A stretch of DNA of 64,000 bases, from contig BFEA01000039.1 in NCBI GenBank assembly GCA_003427395.1, positions 68,294 through 132,293 of the forward strand. The letters are read 5' to 3'. Every line of letters begins with the position of its first letter. Position 1 is the stretch's first letter. Under the pieces are notes generated by a model. That model was not told the DNA's origin. It worked only from the letters and a program-made list of their open reading frames with translations, and made no database searches. The position numbers and the translations under genes were made by a program. The DNA is from Chara braunii. Lineage: Eukaryota; Plantae; Charophyceae. Shown one piece after another: positions 36,985-47,849 of the stretch.

Positions 36985-38419
36985 AGGAGGTTCTGCTTTG
37001 AAAAAAAAAAAAAAAAAAAAAACACTGAGCTGAATGACCGCCCATGATACCTGGCGAGGGCCTGTGCCATGAACCCCCCCATAATACCAGTGGCGCTATT
37101 GCTTGAGACGCCTAACAAGACACTCTTCGAGCCCCCTTTCAGAAGGACAGGCTGGCATAACAAAAAGCGCATAATTGCCTATAGATAATTATGACAAGGC
37201 ATGACCAATCGGACAGTAGTAAACAACTCCACCATAAGCAAAAGGCATCTACGCATTATTCTGGGACAGAGTGTAAGCAAATTCCACTGCATCAGGCACG
37301 CCACAACACAAGGGTACTCGGGTTGAAGAGCCATGCAATGGGCGACCATCTCCCACAGCTCGGAGGGCAAGCGGAGGAGAGGCATTTTACTATTACTCAA
37401 AAGCAAAGGAATGTTCAAAACACAGGTGCACACACAATCAACCAAGGCATACCCTAGATAGCCAAACAGGACGATCGATACATGCATGCCACAGATTGGA
37501 CGAGAGAAGAGAAAGGGCAAGGGGTTGTGATGCTGAGGGCAAGGCAGGTTCTGCAGACTACACTGCAACGCAAAAGTTGTAGTAGACTCATGTCTTACCG
37601 GTTTTGAAAATGTTTTTTCCTCCTTGGAAAGAGGCCGTTTCATTATTGTTCCATTCCAGTTGCATGGCCGCTCCTCTGCTGATGAGCTATCTTCATCAAT
37701 GTTGATAGGCATTTGTCGGCTTCCAATATCACCAGGTCGTATAGGACCCATCTTCCCATTCCCAATTTCTCTCCCCACTGGCCTTGGGGGAGGCACTGCC
37801 ATGTTCCGTGGCTGTTTCCCTGGTGGTTCCTCCACTATGATAATTGTGCCATCTCCCTTTGCGACCAAACGCCTCTCAGTTCCTCCTCCTCCGTGGCCCA
37901 TCCTCGAGGGCTAGCTGTGGAAGCCCTCCCCGTAATGACTTCTATTCCTGATGCATGGCTGCCTATCCAACCCACAATGACACCAGCGAATTTGGTATTA
38001 GAGATGAGAAGAGCTGGACTTGACAGTAAGCACACAGCCAATAAGTTATGCCCAGTGTTACAGCCTTCTTTGCCAAACACAGTATGCACTTAAAAATTAA
38101 AACCACCACTACCTCCAACTGAGTCCAACAGACTTCGGAAAGGCCAGGTACTGACGACGTTTCTGGCAGCCCCAGAGGGGAAGATCAGTTTGAGAGGAGG
38201 CTTATACATTTGTCATTCCAAAGGGCCTCCACTGTTGATTGCTGTTTGCAGCCTGCCTGCCACCACACTTATACTGGGCCTATTGCACCCATCCATTATT
38301 GCCACTCTGGAAGACAGGAGACCCTCCCAGGTAGTGGTAATTTAAGAAAGCGAAAGGCACCTTGTCAAGACAAGAGCAAGGAAACAGAGACAGGTTCCCA
38401 CCTCCTCAGTCATTCACGG

Positions 38420-38940
38420 AGCAGAGACGATCATTCTCTTCCTCCCCAAGAGGTCCAGCCATAGCCCATGCCTCTGCTCATCATGGACAGGTGTGCTCAC
38501 AACCACATAGCTCAAGGATGACAATGATACAGATGCTGCAAGTAGGCCATCATTCGCTTCCTCCATACGAGGTCCAGCCACGACCCATGCCTCTGCTCAT
38601 CATGGGCGGCTGCGCACACAGTCAACAGAAATCAAGGGGGATGGCATTCATGCAAGTGCTGCAAGTAGACCATCGGCCAGCCATGACCCATGCCTCTGCT
38701 CATCATGGACGGGTGCACATGGCCACAAGAACAAGGATGACATTCATGCGGGTGCTGCAAGTTACCCCCAAAAAAAAGGAGGGGGAAATTCCCACGCAGC
38801 AGCCACCATCCGGTTCCATGGCCCATGCCTCTGCCCATCATGGACGACGGCCACAAGATCAAGGATGACATTCATGCGGGTGCTGCAAGTAACCCCCCCC
38901 AAAAAGGATGGGTAAATTCCCATGCAGCAGCCACCATCGG
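38420..38940. repeat. Degenerate 100-135-bp tandem repeat, 4 units
   Basis: CCCATGCCTCTGC.CATCATGG at 38465, 38584, 38687 and 38822, each followed by GGATGAC...GTGCTGCAAGT. Confidence 0.85.
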
Positions 38941-39084
38941 GTTTCAAGGGCAAACCAAACGGGGTGGCTACAGACCAAAAGCTCGTCTACTATCGAAGCC
39001 AATGTGTCGTACTCGGCTGCTGTGCAAACAAGCTTGGGTGTAGAGCAAGGTCCGCCGAGACGGCAGCACGGCAGTGGATTATGC

Positions 39085-40426
39085 TGTTATGAACCTGGTT
39101 GCTTATTGTCAAATGACCAACACTCGCTCACATAGACTTCCAGGTATGCCCATACATACACAGAAGGAAGGGGAGAGGATGGGACTATCACACCACACAG
39201 GGAGAGAGAAACACAGTGGAAGACTTGACCATGCGATATGACAGAAAACACTGACAGTGCAATTCGCTCCACAGAATCCTCACAACCAGTCACAAAGGAA
39301 AGCCGAGTAGATTACATCCAGGAAACAATGAAGCAATGATAGTCCAAACCCAGTATCAACACTGTTTATTAAACTCAGTCTCGAATTGCCACAATAACCC
39401 CAGAACTATGGTGCGCTGCTCAGAAATGAGCAGCAATTCACTCCCCACACCCTGAGTAACAGCTATACCACCCCTGAGCCCCTGAAACAACTAGTGCCAC
39501 CCAGACACTGCTTCCAGAGGGAAGCGCCACCCTGAAGCAGGCCTCTGAGGCCAAGCGCTTCTCAGAGGATGAAGAAGAAGACCAGCGCCACAGTGTCTGA
39601 TGATGATGAAGCGCCGGATGACTTCCCGGCTGGAAGTCTACAGCAGCGCCACCTCTCCTGACAAGATGACCTCTGAGGAAGAAGCTGCAGCTATGGCTGC
39701 AGCGCCACACACCCTGACACCCTACTCCTGAGGAGGGTTCAGCAGGGCTCCAACTTCTCTCACCTCCAGCAGACTTCAAGTAGCCCAGACCTCTGAACAG
39801 CCCCGCGTGCTGTCAGAGTACAGGGCCGGTCCCAGCTATGGCCGACACTCCGCAGGTCTGGCTATGTCCGTCTCCTCCAACGCTGAAGCTGTCACCACGT
39901 CCAGTTCACGCGTTGCACAGCCGCGACGTGCACAGTACCAACTGCCAAAAAGCCCTGAACCGATGTCCTCATCCTATCTATAACCTACACTAGCCTAGAC
40001 ACGACCTAGACCGGACTGACTGGACCGACTGGTACCGTTTCAGTTTCGGCCTCTAGGGCCTCTCCCTACCCGGCTATAGGCTATAGGACCGTCTATCAGC
40101 TTAGGCCCGTAGAGCCCGTCTGTCCTAGGGGTAGCCCGGGCCTGCTATGCGCAGTTGGGGTAGCTGTAGGAAGTTCTAGTTAGTACGGGCCTGTGTGTTC
40201 CCGAATTTGCAGATATGTCCCTCTCAAATTTTCCTTACAGGCAGGTCCCTCGGTTAGCCCTCAGCCAAACAAAATTACGAATCTGTCCTACCTATGGTAC
40301 AGCCTCAACGAGAGAGGCTACAGGCCACTGGAACCAGCAACTCATTGCAATGCAATGAGGCACGCAATGAGGCACAGCTAGCAGCACTTTGCTGACAGTC
40401 TATGACAGCAATTCACACCTATAACA
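39085..40426 (-). mobile_element. Solo LTR, same family as 8831-10115, inverted
   Basis: TGTTAT...ATAACA termini; collinear reverse-complement similarity over ~1.2 kb; no TSD seen. Confidence 0.85.
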
Positions 40427-40570
40427 TGTCGGAAGGATCACGGATTTGTCATACAACCGCACACGGACTCGTCGGTTTCAGACGATCCAAAAATTCAACA
40501 AGACTCTGAAGACTCCGAACTTGGAGTTGGGGAAGAGACCAGTCATGCATTCTTTTGTGCAAACTCTCCG

Positions 40571-40627
<57 letters not shown>

Positions 40628-40879
40628 GAGGTTAGTAGGCCTTTTGTACATGGCTGGGACAAGCTTTGGCATAGATCAAGGTCGTGTTGTGTGTCCACCC
40701 ACGTGCCTCCTGCATGACGGGCCTCGTGCATTCACATGCCTTGTGCTCCAGCCGTGCATCCACACACCTGCTCTGTGCCGCCTCCATCACGCGCCTTGTG
40801 CGTTCACGTGCCTAGTGCTCTAGTCCTGCACGCATGCCGAATCCTGCACGTCCACTTGTGCAAACGACTATTCCCGGTA

Positions 40880-41830
40880 GAGGCAAGCGAGGCAGGTACA
40901 ACCGCATAGACAATGTTCAAAGGCAGACGATCATTGAATCCATCTTCGTGGTTGCTGAGACTGCCGTACGCTTTGCAGTCCCTCGCCCACTACGGTGCAC
41001 AGTATTGCTGTCATGTTCGAGACTGATGGCACAGAGGCAAACAAGAGGCGAGGAGGGAAAGTGTTTCCTGTTCTTGGGAGTGCATATTCAGGGGGTACGA
41101 CAGCAGGTGGATTGGAATCCAAGCTGCACAATCCAGGAGCTTTGCAACAAACTCAATGCAGGGTTTGAGTTTCGGCGGCCAGTCACACTGTCCACTGTCT
41201 CTTGAGACATTCGTCGCCAAGCAGGTTACTCATTGAAGCTGCTTCACTGGGAGCCTGAGGATTACAACTGCGAAGACAGAATGCGGGAGGGGCAAGAAGG
41301 GCCACAGGAAGTGATGGACTTGGGCATATCTATGCTCAATGCGGTCTACGTAGATGAGGCAAGATTCAACCTTCATCTCACTCGGCAATATGGAAGAGTG
41401 CGTCGAGGTGATAGGCGCAGTTACAGCTAGACCTACGCAGAGGAGCAGAAAAAAATTGTCACTAGTTGTTGTGATCACAAGAGAAGGCTCGATAGCTGCT
41501 GAAATCAGACTACAGTAGGAGCGCTCAATTCTGACACATACCTGAACCTCATAGAGACAAAGCTCTCGCCTGCTTTGGACCAGCCAAGGGCGAATATCAT
41601 TGACAATGTTCCATTTCACTGGACCGGGGATGTGTAGAGGACGATTGACTAAGCTGGGTACATTTGTCTCTACCTTCCTCCACACTCTCCTTTCTTGAAT
41701 GCCGCAGAATGGGTCTTTGGGCCTATCAAGACCCATGTTTGACGTGAGGAAGTGGGAGGGCAGCAGAATTTGATTGATGCGATCAACCAGGGTTTTTGGT
41801 GCCACTGCCTATACGTGTAAAAGGATGGAT
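40880..41830 (+). pseudogene. Decayed IS630/Tc1 DD34E transposase
   Basis: AVYVDEARFN, IIDNVPFH and YLPPHSPFLNAAEWVFG motifs; 34 codons between the second D and E; several stops and frameshifts; upstream HTH-like TIQELCNKL...LSTVS. Confidence 0.85.
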
Positions 41831-42073
41831 TCAAAAGGTCTACCGCGAAACTTATCCGATCAAAAAGGTTACGTGAGCCCTAGGCCCATGATTCAGAGCA
41901 TGTGACTTACTTGGGAAACTGTTTGACTAATTTGGTATTTTCACCCGTCCGAATGGTATGTGTACACTGTACAGTCTGAAATCGGTTGATTGCTGGATGA
42001 AATCGGTTTTGGCAATACAAATTTGTTTACATCATGTTCCCTAACGCTATCAAGCGTCTAAATTATTAAATCT

Positions 42074-42302
42074 TTTTCTTTTTTTTTCTTTTTTTTTCTT
42101 TTTTTTTTTGCAAAAAAATAGGGCCGAATGGTCCTGGCTCCATATCCATTCTGGGGAGCGTCAGTCCGGTTCCTTTGCCACCGGCAAGTCATGGATTACA
42201 GCAACATAAATACACACGCTTCCTTCCATCTGGCCGAAGGAACCCTGAACAGCATTGATTGCTCCACCGCATGATACCTGATGAAGTGGACATACATTCG
42301 TC
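42074..42302 (-). mobile_element. Short 5'-truncated L1 3' end with poly(A)
   Basis: T-rich tail followed by sequence matching 36484-36640 and 3283-3330; probable TSD TAAATCT. Confidence 0.8.
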
Positions 42303-42891
42303 TAAATCTGTTCCCATCTTTTCAAAACGAACTCGTCAAAGGAGTAATAAGAGATACTGGCCGCTGATCTTCATCATACGTTGCAAGTGGGAGGCCGAAA
42401 TCCCAAAATCAGCCGGTACCCACCGTGGTACTCCCAAAAAATGAAACGCCGCTTTGCCGGTCGAGGCTCCGCAGAAGTCGGCACGCAGGGCATTTTCAGA
42501 CTCAGAATCGGCTTCGATAGCTGAGAAAGGTACTGGTGGTTTAAAACCCTAGACTCGTGCCCGTTAACAAGCCACGATTTTAGGAAGCGTACGGGCCACA
42601 CTACAGGAGCGCCCAAATTCATCCGACTAGAAACGTTTCTACTCTATTTTTTTTCCTGGGGCCGATAGTTGGGCCAAGTACTGGTGGTTTAATTCCATTT
42701 GTTCAAAGTTGAGTGGTCAAAGGAGTCAGAGATACTGGCCGTTGATCTTCATCATCTACGTACAGCATCTCTTTATCTGTGCAAGTGGGACCACACCATT
42801 AATTCCAATGCCGATGCCCCAGTGGAGGAGCAACCACATTCGCACCAGCTAATCGGCCAAGTCACAGGCAAGCCTTGTCGCAGTGATTTTC

Positions 42892-43365
42892 CCACATGTA
42901 CACCTGCCTAAGTTCAACTCAGCAACCCCCCCGTCAAACCACCAGCACTTGGCCCAGCTATCAATGCCGAGCCTGAAAACGGGCTGCGCACCATTTCGCG
43001 CCGACCCGCCAATGCAACAAGAAAATATTGTTTTGGCTGGCGGCGCCAGCCTTTGAGGGCCAGTACCCCGAGCCTCCGGAAGTTGCGGGCCGTTAACGAC
43101 AACGCCCTGCGGCCACATGTACACCTGCCTAGGTTCAACTCAGCACCCTCCCGCCTTAAACCACCAGTACCTGGCCCAGCTATCGATGCCGAGCCTGAAA
43201 ACGGGCCGCGCGCCGTTTCGCGCCGACCCGCCAGCGCAACAAGAAAATATTGTTTTGGCTGGCGGCGCCAGCCTTTGAGGGCCGGTACCCCGAGCCTCCG
43301 GAAGTTGCGGAGCGTTAACGAAAACGCCCTGCGGCCGATGTAGGGGCCAAGTACTGGTGGTTTAA
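42892..43365. mobile_element. 221-bp tandem duplication containing a TTAA-flanked ~200-bp TIR element (43160-43361)
   Basis: TTAA-ACCACCAGTACCTGGCCC...GGGCCAAGTACTGGTGGT-TTAA; additional orphan right ends near 42530 and 42671. Confidence 0.65.
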
Positions 43366-43466
43366 ACCACCAGTCCATCTGAAGCTAACAAAAAAACTGC
43401 ATTTTGCCAAGTGTGTTTTCTACTGGTACGGCCAGTTGGCAAATCTGAGGGCGCACTCACACACTA

Positions 43467-43570
43467 CCGTCTTCCCCCGAACATAACGCACCCTGAAAAT
43501 GAACGTATACAAGCTAAGTTTCCGGTCCGATACAATCAAAATGAGGGTGTGTTGTGTTCGGGGAAGACGG
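43467..43570. mobile_element. Hairpin MITE, copy 3 (divergent subfamily)
   Basis: CCGTCTTCCCCCGAACA...TGTTCGGGGAAGACGG with CTA/TAG flanks. Confidence 0.8.
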
Positions 43571-44452
43571 TAGGGGCTTTTCATACTAATCTCTGGACGT
43601 GATTGCAGTCAGATTCATCTAGGTCTGGCCGTAATTGCACTCAGATTCATTCAGAAAAGTCCTGGCGATAATACGCCCTAAGGTGGTACCGGTACCAGGA
43701 ATGTGTGTTACAAGAGGACAGGCAGACAGACCTCATCCTTGCGACTTTTCAGAAAAGAAAAACGAAAAACAAGAACAAAAATAAATAATACTAATAAAAC
43801 AATGATGGAGTGATCTTTTTTCACCTTTGCTATCCGTTTCCCACCCAAATCGGCATTATCATCACCGCCTTCTAACCTCAGCATCCACGTAAGGGCGCTG
43901 CCGCACAAGACTGGCACCACATCGCAACTCAACATCCTGCAATGGCAGTACCTCATGACGCTTAGAGGGAGGATAAATACTTAAATAAACAGGGCCGTAT
44001 TTGTCGAAGAAACCAAGACACATGATACTCTAGGGGCAGAGATGCTCTGGCGACACAGGGGCCTCGCTGCACTTCTCACCAACTGTGCAAAATGAGAGTG
44101 AATCTTCCACTAGAACATGGAAAGATACACGGCCATATTTGGTGTCGTTTGTGCATGGGATGGGGTGAGTACTGGAGCGAGGCCCACAGAATGGCATACC
44201 AACGAAAACAGACCAAAGACGAACCAGAAGCAACCATCATCATGAAGGGAGGGTGAATAACAGATCAGCCACGATAAGCTCAAGCAAGCCAGAAGAGGAC
44301 ACGTGGGGGCGCACTCGCAGACCGCTGGACTCGTTGTATACATATATACTTTGAAGTGGGAGATTGATCGAGAAACACCGACCCAACCACCCAATGCTCG
44401 TGCAGTCTGTTCAGGAGTCAAGACTACAGGGGACACATGCCACCGGTCAAAA

Positions 44453-44665
44453 TTGTGCCTCCTTTCTACTCTCTTTCTCACCATTGTCATGGTTCTCTCT
44501 CATCCATCGTGTGTGCATGCAGCACCACCTACTCCGACGTACTTCATCGCAGCTACTCCATTGTGCCTCCTTTCTACTCTCTTTCTCACTATTGTCATCA
44601 TTCTCTCTCAGCCATCGTGTGTGCATCAAGCACCACCGACTCCATCGTACTTTATCGCAGCTACT
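44453..44665. repeat. 108-bp tandem duplication
   Basis: TTGTGCCTCCTTTCTACTCTCTTTCTCAC... at 44453 and 44561. Confidence 0.9.
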
Positions 44666-44923
44666 GTAGTCCTGCAGCTCTTGCTTCCGTCCGACGGAAG
44701 GCCATTCCTCAGTAATTGATCTTAGATTTCTGGCATTATATTACTACCCCAAAACCCCGGGACGCATGCCAAGGGCCTAGCTAAGACAACATTGGGCAAT
44801 TGGAAAGTTGCGTTTAGGAATGGAAAGTTTTAAGATTTCTATGAGCCAGTAGTCTCTAAGAATGGCCACCAATAGTCTGGGACAGTACCTCGAAGAAGTT
44901 AAGGAGTACTTACGGCCGGGGGC

Positions 44924-45084
44924 GAGGTCCCACTAGCAAAGAGGATTGGATTGAACGCCTGAATCTGGACGTGTTTGTGGAAAGGTGCAGAATGTTGCAA
45001 TTGAACCGCTTTTCCTGCATCTCTGCTAAAAACACACGTCCAGATTCAGGATATTTATCCCATCCTCTTTGCTAGTGGGACCTC
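44924..45084. mobile_element. 161-bp fold-back (MITE-like) element
   Basis: GAGGTCCCACTAGCAAAGAGGAT...ATCCTCTTTGCTAGTGGGACCTC plus an inner CCTGAATCTGGACGTGT/ACACGTCCAGATTCAGG pair. Confidence 0.75.
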
Positions 45085-45315
45085 ACCGCCGGCGGGTGGA
45101 AAAAAAAAGTCGGAAAGGTTTTGCCGGTGGCCGGTCGCATACCGTCGCACAGCGTCGCATGCAGAGCTGCTTTCCAAAACCCCCCAACAAAAGAAGGAAG
45201 AACTGATTTCCCATTGGTTGGTTCAATCCAGTCGATAAATTTCAGAACTCGACCCAAGGTGGCCATCTTTTTTTGTTTCGTTAGAACCCGGCCTAGGGGT
45301 CTCTCCCTAAGCCTA

Positions 45316-45801
45316 CCTTCTTCCCCCGAATACAACGCACGGTCATTATAGCTGCATATCTAGACTGAAAGATGCCTCAAATGCAGCAGCTATAATGACC
45401 GTACGTTGTATTCGGGGGCCCGAATACAACGTACGGTCATTATAGCTGCATNTCTAGACTGAAAGNTGCCTCAAATGCAGCAGCTATAATGACCGTACGT
45501 TGTATTCGGGGGCCCGAATACAACGTACGGTCATTATAGCTGCATNTCTAGACTGAAAGNTGCCTCAAATGCAGCAGCTATAATGACCGTACGTTGTATT
45601 CGGGGGCCCGAATACAACGTACGGTCATTATAGCTGCATGTCTAGACTGAAAGCTGCCTCAAATGCAGCAGCTATAATGACCGTACGTTGTATTCGGGGG
45701 CCCGAATACAACGTACGGTCATTATAGCTGCATATCTAGACTGAAAGNTGCCTCAAATGCAGCAGCTATAATGACCNTACGTTGTATTCGGGGGAAGAAG
45801 G
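45316..45801. repeat. Five head-to-tail 94-bp hairpin units inside one MITE shell (copy 4)
   Basis: Units start at 45325, 45419, 45513, 45607 and 45701; essentially identical loops; N calls at recurring loop positions. Confidence 0.85.
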
Positions 45802-45943
45802 TAGCTCACCTGAAAAAGAGAGCAACAACCAGGCTAAGTTGAAGGTCACAAGTTCAAATCCTGCAGGAGGAATGCTGAATTCTTGGGGGGAGTTACCGCC
45901 GAGTGGGTAAAACCTACAGACTCATTCATGCAGAGAGGTTAAA

Positions 45944-45981
45944 CTGTCTCTTATACACATCTAGATGTGTATAAGAGACAG
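45944..45981. other. Nextera mate-pair junction adapter (two Tn5 mosaic ends): sequencing artefact
   Basis: Exact CTGTCTCTTATACACATCT+AGATGTGTATAAGAGACAG. Confidence 0.99.
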
Positions 45982-46046
45982 CCTTTGGGCTCTGTGGCGG
46001 AGAAGATGTATATATGTTCTGGAGGGAGCATGGGTGGATGGCAAGG

Positions 46047-46136
46047 AATTTGGACCATTTCTCGATTTATGCGCGTCATCCTTGAGCAGGGGCCATGCTA
46101 ATCTTCCTTCTCTGTATCGTTCCAATTTTAACGGAT
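46047..46136 (-). pseudogene. U6: U6 snRNA pseudogene (5'-truncated)
   Basis: Reverse complement reads ATCCGTTAAAATTGGAACGATACAGAGAAGGAAGATTAGCATGGCCCCTGCTCAAGGATGACGCGCATAAATCGAGAAATGGTCCAAATT. Confidence 0.93.
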
Positions 46137-46319
46137 TATTGCTCGCTTTCCTTCAGCCCTGAGATTCTAAAATGCAATCGGAGAGGTGTGGGGTAATGTA
46201 ACTACTGCTCAGGGAATCTCTCATACTCTTACACGAGGTAATTGTTTTTGTTTGTTGTTGTTTTTTTGTAATTGTGCTCAGAGTGCTATTACTATTAAGT
46301 TTTAACGGATGGTTGAACT

Positions 46320-46491
46320 TTCGTTCTTCCAAAAACAATCTCCTCTCTCTTTCGTTCTTCCAAAAACAATCTCCTCTCTTTCGTTCTTCCAAAGAGATCT
46401 CCTCTCTTTCGTTCTCCCAAAGAGATCTCCTCTCTTTCGCTCTCCCAAACAGATCTCCTCTCTTTCCTTCTCCACAACAGATCTCCTCTCT
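46320..46491. repeat. ~28-30-bp CT-rich minisatellite, 6 units
   Basis: TTCGTTCTTCCAAA.A.A.ATCTCCTCTCT repeated. Confidence 0.9.
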
Positions 46492-47849
46492 TGCATTTCG
46501 TTATCGCATGCAAAGCCAGAACAGAGACTCGGCGAGCGCAGTTCATTGTTGTTTTGGCAGCCAGTCCAATCTGTTTGGATTGCTGATAGCAGGTTTCGAT
46601 TTTCGAGCCCGGCTTTGTGTCATGGAAGTCGCCCAAGTTCATCGTTATCATTAATTATAGTACAGCATATGTATCTGCTTTCAGAACGATAACCCCATCA
46701 TAACGTGGAAGAGGAGGAGGAGGGGAGGGGAGGGGAGGGGAAGAGCATGGAGTGGAGGAGGAGTAGAGGAGGAATGCAGGAGAAAGTATGAGCTATAACA
46801 ACGATGGCCACAAAGCAGGATCGTCGTCAAAGCTCTTGTGTCTCAAAATGCCGGATTACCCACTCTTAGTTATCTCCTCTATCACATAGATTGAATCGCC
46901 CCCCCNNNNNNNNNNNNNNNNNNNNNNNNNNNNNNNNNNNNNNNNNNNNNNNNNNNNNNNNNNNNNNNNNNNNNNNNNNNNNNNNNNNNNNNNNNNNNNN
47001 NNNNNNNNNNNNNNNNNNNNNNNNNNNNNNNNNNNNNNNNNNNNNNNNNNNNNNNNNNNNNNNNNNNNNNNNNNNNNNNNNNNNNNNNNNNNNNNNNNNN
47101 NNNNNNNNNNNNNNNNNNNNNNNNNNNNNNNNNNNNNNNNNNNNNNNNNNNNNNNNNNNNNNNNNNNNNNNNNCGAACACAACGTACCCTCATTTTGGCT
47201 GTGCACCGGACCGGAAAGATCGCTTGTGTACATTGGTTATCAGGGTGCGGTGCGTTCGGGGAGATACACGTAGTCTTTGCCATGCACCCTCTTCCTTTTG
47301 TTTTCTTTTTTTTTTTCTTACATGGATGCTCTCTTTTCTTTTCTTTTTTTTTTTTCCTCATAAGGATCTGTGGATGTGTTAGACCCTCTCCTCTCCCTTT
47401 GTCTTCTTGTCCGCTTGTGTGATACTTTGCATCAGTGCCACATACCGTTTTTATGTCTGTCTGTCTGTCTGCATTTCTCTCAGATCAGTCGCATCCCATA
47501 ATAGTTTGCGCGCTATCCAGCATGCAAAACAAGACTTGTATCTTTTTTTTCCCCTTCTTTTTTTCTATTTTAAGACTCCAGGTTGTTCTCGCGGTTGGAT
47601 ACTCGAGATATGAATCTTCAATGCAAGCCAATTCTGAGGCCCATGTTTCGGGAAGCTTTTTTTTTTTTTTTTTTTTTGGAACGGGAAGCAATTTGGCCAC
47701 TGCTTGCCACTTCTTTTTCTCTTCTGTTTTGAACGGCCGGGATCAAGAGTTGGGGTGAAGAGGATAGACGGATCGGATGACGAAGTCATGATCGTGCTTT
47801 ATTTCTATTTATTTGATTAATTTATTTGATTAATTTAGTTGTCAACGTC

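Noticed and set aside
37179-37901. 240-aa ORF as a gene
   Set aside because: Only the first ~100 codons look exon-like (a GTAAGA donor follows); no domain was recognised and no link to other exons could be shown.
45316-45801. CRISPR-like array of palindromic repeats
   Set aside because: The intervening sequences are identical rather than unique spacers, there are no cas genes, and the unit is the MITE seen elsewhere in the window.
45944-45981. Natural Tn5/IS50 ends or bacterial horizontal transfer
   Set aside because: Exact synthetic mosaic-end junction adapter from mate-pair library preparation.
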